Both the position numbers and the translations under genes were made by a program. Shown here piece after piece: positions 1 through 9,537 of a stretch of DNA of 64,000 nucleotides. The DNA comes from an uncultured Gammaproteobacteria bacterium (GTDB taxonomy: Bacteria; Patescibacteriota; Microgenomatia; UBA8517), in NCBI GenBank assembly GCA_964395115.1, contig CAYMZX010000001.1, positions 14,751 through 78,750 on the forward strand, read 5' to 3'. How positions within the stretch are numbered: the stretch's first letter is position 1; the number at the start of each line of letters is the position of its first letter. The notes under the pieces were generated by a model, which searched no databases, had not been told where the DNA came from, and saw only the letters and a list, made by a program, of their open reading frames with translations.

Positions 1-479
1 TCCTCTACTCCGAGGTCTATAAGTTTTAAGATTTGGTTTTCAGGATCCGCATCTTTTTCGATAAGCATAAAGCCTTTGTTCTCGAAGTTAAAAGAAACAG
101 ATCCCGGACCCCCAAGTCTCCCCCCTCCCCTTTCAAAAAGGTTTTTTATCTCCTGAGAAGTCCTATTTCTATTATCTGTTAAAACTACAACCATTACGGC
201 AATGCCAGATGGACCAAAACCTTCATAGATGATTTCTTCCAGGGTCTGGACGCTAACCGAGCCGCTCGATATCGCTCTTTCAATATTTTCTTTGGGCATA
301 TTGGCTGTTTTGGCTTTATCCATAGCGACTCTCAATTTAAAATTAGTTTCGGGATTTGGGCCGCCGGATTTAACAGCAACAGCTATTTCTTTGGCAAGCT
401 TTGAGAATATTTTGCCTTTTTGGGCGTCTTTTAGTTCTTTTTGTCTTTTTATTGTAGCGTAGTGTGAGTGTCCGCTCAT
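1..479 (-). CDS. yebC: YebC/PmpR family DNA-binding regulator (partial, C-terminus beyond window start)
   Basis: Minus-strand translation from ATG at 479-477 gives MSGHSHYATIKRQKELKDAQKGKIFSKLAKE..., the hallmark N-terminus of YebC/PmpR. The ORF runs off the window edge. Confidence 0.8.
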   Translation of the reverse strand, partial: MSGHSHYATIKRQKELKDAQKGKIFSKLAKEIAVAVKSGGPNPETNFKLRVAMDKAKTANMPKENIERAISSGSVSVQTLEEIIYEGFGPSGIAVMVVVLTDNRNRTSQEIKNLFERGGGRLGGPGSVSFNFENKGFMLIEKDADPENQILKLIDLGVE

Positions 480-494
480 ACGAAGCAATTATAC

Positions 495-551
495 AACAAA
501 AAAGCGCCCCTTGGCGTTTGGTTTCTTCCGAAACCAAAGCTGCGGGGCGCT
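495..551 (-). terminator. Rho-independent terminator (minus strand)
   Basis: Inverted repeat AGCGCCCC...GGGGCGCT (503-510 / 544-551). On the minus strand it is followed by a U-run (from + strand A-run 495-502), downstream of the 710..901 minus gene. Confidence 0.55.
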
Positions 552-709
552 TACCTTCACTCAAAAAGATCAAACGAGCATTAGGACGAATCCTAAAGCC
601 CAAACAAAGCGGACAAAACCGGCGCGTTCAATGCCGACAGCCGCAATGAACAGGCTCGTGGAAACCAAAATGATCAGACCGACGAACCTTCTGATTAATT
701 CGCTATTCA

Positions 710-901
710 TTATCTCCTCCTGATTGCATCAATGGCAAAAGCTAACGAGATCATCCAGAGAACCATTCCTCCGGGTATCAGGGCGGCAATCACACCCCGA
801 AGAGAATTGGTTACTGGTACATACGGAATCAGAATTGCTCCGATAGCCGAAACCAGAAAGCCATAAATAAACAGCAATATGGCGTTTTCCATTTTGTTCA
901 T
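710..901 (-). CDS. small hydrophobic membrane protein, unknown function
   Basis: 63-aa ORF made almost entirely of two predicted transmembrane helices, followed by the terminator at 495-551. Confidence 0.4.
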   Translation of the reverse strand: MNKMENAILLFIYGFLVSAIGAILIPYVPVTNSLRGVIAALIPGGMVLWMISLAFAIDAIRRR

Positions 902-904
902 AAA

Positions 905-1744
905 ATGACTCCTGTGTATGAAGGTGCAAGATTCCCGATTTTTGTTTCCTTAATTATAACACAAATTCCTTTTAAGTCAAACTATGGGATGATGAATTTA
1001 CTGCCTCTTGACAGCTTTTTTGAGCTCTCTATACTCAAAAAAGTTACTGCCATGGATGTCGATCTTGCCCAAAAAGCGGTTGCCGCTGCTCTCGCCAGGA
1101 ATTGGAAAGAAGCCGTTAAACTGAATCGCGAAATTCTCAAAATAGACCCCAACGATACCGATGCTTTAAATCGAATGGCTAGGTCCCTGGCAGAATTGGG
1201 AAATCGCAAAAGAGCCGTCATGCTTACAAAAAAAGTCCTAAAAATAGACCCTTTTAATGGTATCGCCCTAAAGGCTCTAAAAAAATATCAAGAATCATCG
1301 GAGGGAAAATCACCGCCTCTTACTAAACCCAACGCCGAAGCCTTTCTGGAAGAACCGGGTAAAACCAAAATAGTGACTTTGCTTCATTTAGGAGATCCTT
1401 CGCTTCTTTCTAAACTTTACTGCGGCGATGAAGTCAAATTTTCCATTGGCAGCCACAGAATATCAGTAGTCACTCTGGACAACAAATATATTGGACGGCT
1501 CTCGGATGATGTTTCTGCCCACTTGCGAAAACTTATCAAGGAAGGTAATGTGTACAGGGTGCTTATTAAATCAATCCAGCCTCGCAAGGTTAAAGTTTTT
1601 ATCAAAGAAATAAAGAGAGCCAAAAAACTGGCGAATATTCCCTCTTTTTTGCCAGAAAAAGTCGACTACATTTCTTTTACCCCGCCTGAATTAGTGACCA
1701 AAAGGAATGACCTAACCTTGAATTTTCCGGAAGAGGAAATCTAA
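905..1744 (+). CDS. TPR-repeat protein (true start possibly at Met near 1053)
   Basis: Tandem TPR-like helical repeats (AVKLNREILKIDPNDTDALNRMARSLAELGNRKRAVMLTKKVLKIDPFNGIALKAL). Confidence 0.6.
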   Translation: MTPVYEGARFPIFVSLIITQIPFKSNYGMMNLLPLDSFFELSILKKVTAMDVDLAQKAVAAALARNWKEAVKLNREILKIDPNDTDALNRMARSLAELGNRKRAVMLTKKVLKIDPFNGIALKALKKYQESSEGKSPPLTKPNAEAFLEEPGKTKIVTLLHLGDPSLLSKLYCGDEVKFSIGSHRISVVTLDNKYIGRLSDDVSAHLRKLIKEGNVYRVLIKSIQPRKVKVFIKEIKRAKKLANIPSFLPEKVDYISFTPPELVTKRNDLTLNFPEEEI

Positions 1745-1745
1745 T

Positions 1746-2672
1746 TTAATAGCGCCCGGCAAAAGTCTTTCCTATTTTGACGACGGCGTCAAAGTTGGCG
1801 GCCCTTTCCTTCTTAGATGTCGAACATGAATATACCAAGGAAATAAGGTTTACCAGTTTTCGGTGTCTTCCAAACACTTCGCAGTCGGTATCTTCCTCTG
1901 TCATTTTGTTGACGGCCGACACTTTGGCTCCTAAAACTTCGATTACCTTTCCCACCTCTTGGGCAATCTTCGTCTTCCCGGTTGCATCTCTTATTTCCAC
2001 CCTTAAGTTTTGGTTTGAAATTTCATTATCGGTAAAATAAACGATAAACTTTTCCATTCCCGATCCGCTGATAAGATAGCCCTCTTCCCCACCTGGTAAT
2101 TTAGTTTTTTTAAGATTGCCCCCATCCCTCAAATCAAAATCTACTCTCTTTGGATTTTTGATTGAGAGCGAAAAAAAGGCCAGCTTTATCTTGTCCCCTA
2201 TTTTAAGATTAGTTTCAAATGGAGTCACAACCGCCTTCAATATTCCAGCAAAATCACCGCGACTGTAAGCCAAAGCTGTTTCCTCCCCCCAAGAAACAAC
2301 CGGAAAGTAAAAATTCTTAACAATTGTTTCCCGCAAAAGTGTACCTCCCAATTTTTCATTCTCGCCCAATTGCCAAAGACTTTTGGCTTTCCAGCTCCCC
2401 AATTGCCGGGAAGCAATCAACTGGGTTGACCCAGGAATAAAAATGTTGACAATCGATTCTGTCTTAGGGTCAAAGGAAGAAACTATAACATCACCGTTTT
2501 TAGTAGCAACGGCCAGTATTAATTTCGACCTGCCGTCCCAAAATCTGTCAGAAAAAGCCAGTAGAATAAAAACCATTACCACGACAAGAAGAGCTATAAC
2601 TATCCCAATCCAGCCGACTTGTGGCTTCTTTTTTCTTATTAAGCCGAGTCTTCTTTTTTGGGCAGTAACCAT
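1746..2672 (-). CDS. membrane-anchored extracytoplasmic protein, possibly LytR-CpsA-Psr (LCP) family
   Basis: N-terminal basic segment plus one transmembrane helix, then a ~270-aa extracytoplasmic domain. LCP-like architecture but weak motif match. Confidence 0.35.
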   Translation of the reverse strand: MVTAQKRRLGLIRKKKPQVGWIGIVIALLVVVMVFILLAFSDRFWDGRSKLILAVATKNGDVIVSSFDPKTESIVNIFIPGSTQLIASRQLGSWKAKSLWQLGENEKLGGTLLRETIVKNFYFPVVSWGEETALAYSRGDFAGILKAVVTPFETNLKIGDKIKLAFFSLSIKNPKRVDFDLRDGGNLKKTKLPGGEEGYLISGSGMEKFIVYFTDNEISNQNLRVEIRDATGKTKIAQEVGKVIEVLGAKVSAVNKMTEEDTDCEVFGRHRKLVNLISLVYSCSTSKKERAANFDAVVKIGKTFAGRY

Positions 2673-2681
2673 TTTTATATT

Positions 2682-4379
2682 TTAAGTTTTCGATTTTAAT
2701 AACCTTAATTTTCGTATTCTTTCGCTGATTTCCTCTTTAGATTTCCCCATCGATGAAAAAATTCCCCTAACAATAGCTACTGCCGCTTCAAATTCGGGTT
2801 GAATTACCCTATCTACCCCAAGAACTTTCAATTTATCAACATCTTCGTCCAGATGTGCCCGAGAAACAATTTTTACGGATGGGGCGATAGTCTGCACTTG
2901 AGTAATAACCTCCTCTTGAGCAACCCGATCCGGAATAGCTAAAACGATTGCCTTTGCCTCCCTTATACCAGCCGCCTCAAGAACTTCGATCTCTGTTGGA
3001 TCCCCATAAATAACTTCCCGGCCCTCTTTTTTTAAATTATTAACAATCTTTTGATTATATTCGACCGCAATAAAGGAGGTATTGGCTAAATCAAGAGCTT
3101 TTCCTACCCATCCGCCAATTCGACCAAACCCACAAACAATAATGTGGTTTTTAAAATTTTCACGCCTAATGAGGTTTCTTCTGTCCCAACCAAGAAGGAA
3201 TTTATTAAATACAGGCAACTTCGTAGAAATGTTTCTTATTTTTTTCCAAAAAGGAAGAATACTTCTGAATAAAAAGGGGGTCAATATCAATGTTAAAAGG
3301 GCGGTGGCAATTCCTACGGATATCATTTCAGCCGATAGTAGTTTCAAAACTCCTGCCTTGGAGAAAATGATGAAGGAGAATTCTCCAACCTGGCTCAGAC
3401 CAAGACCGGCGGCAACCGCCGTTTTTCCATGGTAACCCAAAAAAAGAGAAACAAAAAAAACAACGACAAATTTAACTAAAAGAACCAAAATTACCAAAGC
3501 CAAAATGAGACCGAAGTGATTAAATATTGTCAAAGGAGAAACCAAAAATCCCATGGTCACAAAGAAGACTGATACAAAAAGATCTCGCAAAGGCCTTGTT
3601 TCGGCAAAAACAGCATGATTTTCCTGGCTTTCCGAAATGACCACTCCGGCTAGGAAAGCCCCGAGGGCCGCGGAGACTCCGAAAAGGGAAGTTATTCCAG
3701 CTGTTCCCAAAGCCAAAGCCACCGCAGCCAAAACCAAAAGTTCTCTAGAGTTAGTAGCCGCAATTCGATGGATTACAAAAGGGGCGGCGATTTTACCAGC
3801 AACAACGGCGATGGCTACCAGCGTTGAAGCAAGAACAAGGGCCTTCAGTGCGGTAATAATAACTGCTCCTTCGAATAGCGCTAGCGATGAAACGATTACC
3901 ATAATCGGAACCACCGCCAAGTCTTGGACCAAAAGCCAACCTATCATTACTTCTCCGTGAGCGGTGTCGGTTTCTCCCCTATCGGCCAGTATCTTTACTA
4001 CAACGGCTGTTGAGGAAAGAGAAAATCCAAGTCCAAGGATTAAAGCGGCTAGAGAGTCAATACCCAAAAAAATCAGGAGAAAATAACTGAATAAGGAAAC
4101 TAAAACGATTTGGATCGAGGCCCCCAGAAGAGCAACCTTTAAGACTCTGCCTAAACGGGTCAAAGAAAGTTCCAGTCCAATTGAAAAAAGAAGAAGAATC
4201 GCTCCAATCTCCGCCAGTTTTTCTACACCCGAACCGGCAAAGGGAAAAGTAGCTCCAAATACAACACCGGCAATAATATATCCCAAAAGTGGTTGAAGTT
4301 TCATCAATCTAGCTATCAAGCCGCCAGAAAGCGCGGCGATCAAGACCAAGAAGAGACCTCGGAAAAAGGCAGGATCCAT
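2682..4379 (-). CDS. CPA2-family cation:proton antiporter (Kef-type) with C-terminal TrkA-N/RCK domain
   Basis: Polytopic N-terminal Na+/H+ exchanger-like membrane domain. C-terminal Rossmann motif IIVCGFGRIGGWVGKAL...EYNQKIV typical of TrkA-N. Confidence 0.8.
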   Translation of the reverse strand: MDPAFFRGLFLVLIAALSGGLIARLMKLQPLLGYIIAGVVFGATFPFAGSGVEKLAEIGAILLLFSIGLELSLTRLGRVLKVALLGASIQIVLVSLFSYFLLIFLGIDSLAALILGLGFSLSSTAVVVKILADRGETDTAHGEVMIGWLLVQDLAVVPIMVIVSSLALFEGAVIITALKALVLASTLVAIAVVAGKIAAPFVIHRIAATNSRELLVLAAVALALGTAGITSLFGVSAALGAFLAGVVISESQENHAVFAETRPLRDLFVSVFFVTMGFLVSPLTIFNHFGLILALVILVLLVKFVVVFFVSLFLGYHGKTAVAAGLGLSQVGEFSFIIFSKAGVLKLLSAEMISVGIATALLTLILTPFLFRSILPFWKKIRNISTKLPVFNKFLLGWDRRNLIRRENFKNHIIVCGFGRIGGWVGKALDLANTSFIAVEYNQKIVNNLKKEGREVIYGDPTEIEVLEAAGIREAKAIVLAIPDRVAQEEVITQVQTIAPSVKIVSRAHLDEDVDKLKVLGVDRVIQPEFEAAVAIVRGIFSSMGKSKEEISERIRKLRLLKSKT

Positions 4380-4430
4380 TCTCTTTTAGTTTAAGAAAGA
4401 TTCGTTAACGTGTAAAGAGGTTGTGAAATT

Positions 4431-5168
4431 TTAGGCTTTCGCCGATAGATTTCCCAATGCCAATTTCAGTACCACCGGCAAATCAGATTTAAAAGACCTT
4501 TTCTTCCCATCAAGAACAAATTCTATAGCGGCGGCGTGCAAAAAAAGCCTCGGGCACCAAGTTCTATCTTGTCGACTTGTTTTACGACCAGCATAAAATT
4601 CATCGGCAACAACGGGATGGGCGAGAAACTTGAAGTGCACCCTTATTTGGTGGGTTCTGCCAGTAATCGGCCGGATTTCCACCAATGAGTATTCCTGGTT
4701 GTCTTTTGTGAAATATCTATTTATTTGATAAGCGGTTTCAGCTGATCTACCTCCGGGCAGTACGCCGAATCGGTCCCGCCGCCAAGGCAGTCTGCCAATC
4801 GGAGCTTTTATTTTCCCTCTTTCGGGTTCCAATCTCCCATGGATTAAGGCTAGGTAGGTTTTCTTTATTTTTCCTTTTTTAAATTGTTCCTGAAGTTTTC
4901 TAAAAATGTCTGCCGTTTTCGCTACCAGTAAGAGACCGCTTGTTTCTTTGTCTAACCGATGAACAATGCCCGAACGTTTTTCTTTGTTTTTCGCCAAGGG
5001 ATAGTCAAATCTTGTCAACCATTTTTGAATTATCTTTTGTCCCTTGGCCGTTTCTGCCTCGTTTACTGTCCAACCCGCTGGTTTGTTCAAAACAAGAATT
5101 TGCGAATCTTGAAAGACTACCTTAGGTTCCACTTTACTGCTCTTCTCTTTTGGCGGCGTCCTTGGCAC
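4431..5168 (-). CDS. RluA-family 23S rRNA/tRNA pseudouridine synthase
   Basis: Catalytic motif HRLDKETSGLLLVAKT with conserved Asp and surrounding RluA-type fold motifs. Confidence 0.85.
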   Translation of the reverse strand: MPRTPPKEKSSKVEPKVVFQDSQILVLNKPAGWTVNEAETAKGQKIIQKWLTRFDYPLAKNKEKRSGIVHRLDKETSGLLLVAKTADIFRKLQEQFKKGKIKKTYLALIHGRLEPERGKIKAPIGRLPWRRDRFGVLPGGRSAETAYQINRYFTKDNQEYSLVEIRPITGRTHQIRVHFKFLAHPVVADEFYAGRKTSRQDRTWCPRLFLHAAAIEFVLDGKKRSFKSDLPVVLKLALGNLSAKA

Positions 5169-5538
5169 AAAGAGTGGTTTCTGGATAAACCATCAATCTG
5201 TCGGTATCGATAAGCTGACCGCAATCCTCGCAAACCCCGTATTTCCCTATCTTAATTCTTGATAAAGCTTTCCTTGTTTGAATGATATTCCGTTGAAGTT
5301 GCTGCTTTATGGCCGAAGCTCTTGCGTGACCAAACTGCTCTGCCGCTTCGGTGTCGGGTGAAGCGTTATCAATGATTCTATTGGTATCTTTGAATGGATC
5401 TTCTTTTTCAATTTCTTTTTTTCTTTTCTGAAGGCTTTTCAGCCGCTCCTGCAAAAATTGAGCAACCGGGTTTAGAACAGTCGCCGGAAATCTTATTTCT
5501 GAATTTCTATTTATTATTTCCTTTTTATTTTTACTCAT
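5134..5538 (-). CDS. DksA/TraR-family C4 zinc-finger protein
   Basis: C-terminal CEDCGQLIDTDRLMVYPETTLCAKD (C-x2-C...C-x2-C) zinc finger after a coiled-coil-like N-terminus. Confidence 0.7.
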   Translation of the reverse strand: MSKNKKEIINRNSEIRFPATVLNPVAQFLQERLKSLQKRKKEIEKEDPFKDTNRIIDNASPDTEAAEQFGHARASAIKQQLQRNIIQTRKALSRIKIGKYGVCEDCGQLIDTDRLMVYPETTLCAKDAAKREEQ

Positions 5539-6137
5539 GGGCTCTTCCTTGCCAGATTATATACGATGAGAAAGATAATAAAAGCCATCGTCCCAGAAAT
5601 TGCAGTCTCCCATTTTCCACTAAAGGATATCACATTTGGGAAAAAGGGGGCAAATCCAGCTCTGAGAAGGAAAAAAAAGAATATCGTAACTAAACCCGAA
5701 AAGCCTAATTTACCGGATTTATACCAGGCAAAGTATTTATAATGCGAGTCTAAAAAGGCAAAAAGGGTGAGTAAACAAACAACACTGAAAAAAGCCAGGA
5801 ATGAAGATAAACTCGACCTAACAATTGAATCCTTAAAGAAAACCAATCCCAGCCATGGCAAGAGGGCTAAAATTGCCGCTTCGATTGCCTCGTAGGGCCT
5901 GAACTTATACTTTAATAAACCGGCCGTCACTCCCAAAAGAGATCCCGCAAATTCGGACCAAAACCACCAATGGGGGAAAAATTTCAATGAAATCAAATAT
6001 CCTAGTCCTATTCCAAAAAGCAAATAAAAACAGATGCTAAAGATTGAACTTGAAGGATAATCTTCTTTAAGTTTTTTCCAAAAAAGGTAGAAAAAAAGAA
6101 ATGCGCCAAAAAAATTGATAACAATATTGATTATCAT
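5535..6137 (-). CDS. polytopic integral membrane protein, unknown function
   Basis: 200 aa with ~6 hydrophobic helices and no recognisable catalytic motif. Confidence 0.45.
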   Translation of the reverse strand: MIINIVINFFGAFLFFYLFWKKLKEDYPSSSIFSICFYLLFGIGLGYLISLKFFPHWWFWSEFAGSLLGVTAGLLKYKFRPYEAIEAAILALLPWLGLVFFKDSIVRSSLSSFLAFFSVVCLLTLFAFLDSHYKYFAWYKSGKLGFSGLVTIFFFFLLRAGFAPFFPNVISFSGKWETAISGTMAFIIFLIVYNLARKSP

Positions 6138-6172
6138 CTTTTTATTATATCAGCAGATTTATTTGACATAGT

Positions 6173-6664
6173 TTGTTGTTAAAGGCTAAGATGGTTCTTA
6201 CTGTGTTAGAGACTCCTCATGTTATTGTAGGGGCGGCAATAGCAACAAAAGTAGGCAACCCTCTTCTGGCAATACCATTGGCATTTACAAGCCATTTTAT
6301 TTTAGAAAAGGTTCCGCACTGGAATCCTCATTTAAATACCGAGACAGAAAAATATGGCAAACCTACCAAAAAGTCTACCTATATTGTAATTGCAGATTCT
6401 ACTTTGGCGCTTTTAAGCGGCCTCGTTATTGCTCAACAGGCACTTCCTAATCTGTTATCTTTCCTGACTATTCTTGCGTCTTCTTTCGTGGCCGTCCTCC
6501 CCGATCTAGTTGAAGCCCCTTATTTTTTCTTAAATTTAAGAAGTCGAAAAATCAGGCGGTGGATAAATTTCCAAAAATCGCTTCAGGTCGACGCTCCGTT
6601 TTTCCCTGGCATTTTGTCTCAAGTAGCAGTTATCCTAGCCAGTTTGTGGTGGCTAGCTACTTAA
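6173..6664 (+). CDS. integral membrane protein, unknown function
   Basis: 163 aa, several hydrophobic helices. Confidence 0.4.
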   Translation: MLLKAKMVLTVLETPHVIVGAAIATKVGNPLLAIPLAFTSHFILEKVPHWNPHLNTETEKYGKPTKKSTYIVIADSTLALLSGLVIAQQALPNLLSFLTILASSFVAVLPDLVEAPYFFLNLRSRKIRRWINFQKSLQVDAPFFPGILSQVAVILASLWWLAT

Positions 6665-7217
6665 CTCTTTCAACATATTCCCCATTTTTGGTATTAATCT
6701 TTATCAGGTCACCGGCGTTTATGAATAACGGTACTTTTATTTTCATCCCGTTTTCCAAGATAGCCGATTTGTAGATATTAGTAGCCGAGTCGCCTTTAAC
6801 CCCAACATCGCATTCAATCACTTTAAGGATAACCTTTGGCGGAAGTTCAAAACTCAAGGGGCGATCCTCCCAAAAAAGCACTCCGATAATTTCGCCTTCT
6901 TTTATAAAATTAACCGCATCTCCCAATAATTTAGCGGGAATTTCTGTTTGTTCGAACGTTTTAGGATCCATAAAAACGCAAGAACGGTCGTCTTTGTAAA
7001 GAAACTGAAAATTTTTTTTGAAAGTATTAACTTCTTCTACTTTGGCATCCGAACCAAATGTTTTTTGTTCGATTCCTCCTGACTCCAAATTTCTTGCCGT
7101 AATCCTGACGGTCGCCCCTCCTCGACCAAGCTTTATATGCTCGTACTTAACTACTTGGTAGGGTTTACCCGAATGAAAAAAAGTAGTCCCATTTTTGAGA
7201 TCGCTAACGGCAATCAT
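6657..7217 (-). CDS. efp: translation elongation factor P
   Basis: MIAVSDLKNGTTFFHSGKPYQVVKYEHIKLGRGGATVRITARNLESG... is canonical EF-P including the KPGKG-like loop region. Start trimmed to Met at 7217, directly abutting the tRNA-Leu gene. Confidence 0.9.
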   Translation of the reverse strand: MIAVSDLKNGTTFFHSGKPYQVVKYEHIKLGRGGATVRITARNLESGGIEQKTFGSDAKVEEVNTFKKNFQFLYKDDRSCVFMDPKTFEQTEIPAKLLGDAVNFIKEGEIIGVLFWEDRPLSFELPPKVILKVIECDVGVKGDSATNIYKSAILENGMKIKVPLFINAGDLIKINTKNGEYVERVK

Positions 7218-7220
7218 ATG

Positions 7221-7305
7221 TGCCGAGGGTGGGAGTCGAACCCACATGGGTTGTTACGCCCACAGGTTTTTGAGACCTGCGCGTCTACCATTCCGCCACC
7301 TCGGC
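7221..7305 (-). tRNA. tRNA-Leu (anticodon CAA)
   Basis: Reverse complement folds as a cloverleaf: acceptor GCCGAGG/CCTCGGC, anticodon stem CAGGT/ACCTG with loop CUCAAAA (CAA), long variable arm, T-loop GGTTCGACTCC. Confidence 0.85.
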
Positions 7306-7443
7306 TTACAGCTTGGTATTTTATCAGATTAATAATAGGTTACGCCAATAGGGATATCTGCGGGTTGATAGGTCCGGAATAAAATTTTCCGGACCCGCGA
7401 ACTCTGGATTGTTGAGAACTCTCAGCGCCAAGCATAAACTTTT

Positions 7444-8766
7444 TTACTTTTCTCGTTTGGTTTCCCGACCATAAAACTTGATTCTGTCCCCTTTAAAAAA
7501 CAATTCGATGCTTCTAAGTGGGCCGTTTCTGTGTTTAGCTACATCCAACATTATATTTTCAGGCTTATTTTCATCTTCGCGCCAAATAAACATTACCACA
7601 TCGGCATCCTGTTCAATACTCCCCGATTCTCTTAAATCGGCCAATTGTGGTCTTCGGGAGCCTCTTTGCTCAACAGCCCGAGAAAGTTGAGAAATTGCCA
7701 ATACAGGAATTTTCAATTCTCGAGCCAAGTTTTTAAGCCCCTGGGATATTTCCGAGACTTCTTGAACCCTATTTTCTAATTGTCTACTTCTAGCTAACTG
7801 AAGATAATCAACGATTAGTAAATCTATCCCCGCCTCTACTTGAAGTCTCCGAGCCTTAGTTCTCATTTCCAGTATTGAAAGGGCGGGGGTATCGTCAATA
7901 AACAGCGGTGCTTCAGCTAATTCGCCCATTGCATTGCTTAATCTCGTAAAATCTTCCTCATTTAATTTTCCGGTTTTAAGCCTCCAGGCATCGATATCCG
8001 CTTGGGAAACCAACAGCCTGTCCACCAACTCTTCCTTGCTCATTTCTAAAGAAAAAAATCCCACCGGTCTCTTGTACTTAACCGCAACGTTTTGGGCGAT
8101 GTTAAGGGCCAAAGAAGTTTTTCCTATTCCCGGCCTAGAAGCTAAAATAAGAAGATTGGATCTTTGCATTCCCGCCAGAGTATCATCCAGATCCTTAAAA
8201 CCGGTCGGCACCCCTCTTAGTCCGGCTGCTTCCTTATGCAGTTCGTCCAATCTGTCAAAGCTCTCCGCCAGTGCGTCCCTAACAGGAATAAAGCTTTGTT
8301 TTAAATGTCTTTGTGTAAGCGCAAATACATCTGCCTCCGCCCTATCTAAAAGCTCGTCAGCCGCCAAACTGTCATCCATCGACAAATCAAGAAGTTTGCT
8401 AGCGGCCGTCATCAAGGATCGCTTGGTTGCCGCGTCTTTAACAATTTTTCCATAATGTTCTACATGAGCCGCAGTTGGGACTTTGTTGGTGATCTCGGCT
8501 AAATAAGTTGCCCCGCCTATTCTTTTCAATAATTTTTTCTTTTTAAGCCTCTCGGCCATTGTCAAAACATCGATAGGGATTCTCTCTTCATAAAGCTCCA
8601 GACAACATTCATAAATAGCTTTATGCCTTTCGTCGTAAAAATCTTCGGGGTCCAGGAACTCTGCCACCGCAATAATGGCGTCTTTATCTAAAAGAAGCGC
8701 TCCCAAGACCGATTCTTCTCCCTCATTTGAATGGGGCGGGATGCGGATTGAAAACTGCTGTGCCAT
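7444..8766 (-). CDS. dnaB: replicative DNA helicase DnaB
   Basis: N-terminal DnaB domain (EESVLGALLLDKDAI), Walker A GIGKTSLALN, and RecA-like C-terminal motifs. Confidence 0.9.
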   Translation of the reverse strand: MAQQFSIRIPPHSNEGEESVLGALLLDKDAIIAVAEFLDPEDFYDERHKAIYECCLELYEERIPIDVLTMAERLKKKKLLKRIGGATYLAEITNKVPTAAHVEHYGKIVKDAATKRSLMTAASKLLDLSMDDSLAADELLDRAEADVFALTQRHLKQSFIPVRDALAESFDRLDELHKEAAGLRGVPTGFKDLDDTLAGMQRSNLLILASRPGIGKTSLALNIAQNVAVKYKRPVGFFSLEMSKEELVDRLLVSQADIDAWRLKTGKLNEEDFTRLSNAMGELAEAPLFIDDTPALSILEMRTKARRLQVEAGIDLLIVDYLQLARSRQLENRVQEVSEISQGLKNLARELKIPVLAISQLSRAVEQRGSRRPQLADLRESGSIEQDADVVMFIWREDENKPENIMLDVAKHRNGPLRSIELFFKGDRIKFYGRETKREK

Positions 8767-8816
8767 TTTCGCTCCCCTTTTTCTAGCAATATCTGTTCTG
8801 AATGTAAAGAGGAAAA

Positions 8817-9470
8817 TTACTTCTTTTCCAGTACCACTATTTTTGGCTCTTCTCCAAGTTCTTCTTTCTTAACCGAAAGTTTATGAACGTTCTCTACCCT
8901 CAATCCTACTTCTTTTAAGAACTCCTCGACGGGGGCCAATTTAGCAAAAATCTCGGGATTCAACCCGGGAACTTGGTAATGCATAGGAATTACAATCATC
9001 GGCTCGATTTCCTGAATAACGGCCACCGCTCCCGAAGGACCTATGGTATATTCTCCACCAACCGGAATAAGCAGAATATCTATATGACTAAGGTCCTCTA
9101 AAAGGTTCTCTGAAAGTTTATGTCCCAAATCGCCAAGATGGCAAATTCTTAAACCGTCTATCTCCAAAACATAGATGGTATTTTTGCCTCGATTAGCTCC
9201 TTCTTTCTCGTCGTGATAGGAAGGGAGCCCCAAGATTGAAATTCCCATGACTTCGTATTCCCCTGGGCCAGAGATTACCTTCTTTACCCCATTAACCAGC
9301 GCCGCCCGATTGTGATCCTGGTGATCGTGAGAGATGGTCACAATATCAGCTTTAACTGAAGAAAATTTGAATCCAACCATTTTGGGGTCAAAGGGATCAC
9401 AAACAACCGTTCCTGTTTTTCCCCTAAGAAGGAAGGAAGAGTGACCCAAATAGTTGATATCCATTACCAC
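8817..9470 (-). CDS. MBL-fold metallo-hydrolase
   Basis: HxHxDH-type motif ISHDHQDHN and downstream His/Asp ligands typical of the beta-lactamase superfamily. Confidence 0.7.
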   Translation of the reverse strand: MVMDINYLGHSSFLLRGKTGTVVCDPFDPKMVGFKFSSVKADIVTISHDHQDHNRAALVNGVKKVISGPGEYEVMGISILGLPSYHDEKEGANRGKNTIYVLEIDGLRICHLGDLGHKLSENLLEDLSHIDILLIPVGGEYTIGPSGAVAVIQEIEPMIVIPMHYQVPGLNPEIFAKLAPVEEFLKEVGLRVENVHKLSVKKEELGEEPKIVVLEKK

Positions 9471-9495
9471 TGAATATTAACAAGTGTGGTTTTTC

Positions 9496-9525
9496 TTGAC
9501 AAGAGGCTTGCATTTTCCCTATATT
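9496..9525 (+). promoter_or_regulatory. putative sigma70-type promoter (TTGACA-18-TATATT)
   Basis: TTGACA at 9496-9501 and TATATT at 9520-9525, immediately upstream of the 9538 start. Confidence 0.3.
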
Positions 9526-9537
9526 TAGGAACATTTA

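Noticed and set aside
7368-7392. Hairpin GGTCCGGAA-N7-TTCCGGACC between tRNA-Leu and dnaB
   Set aside because: No adjacent U-run on either strand, so not called as a terminator. It could be a protein-binding palindrome but there is nothing to support a specific role.
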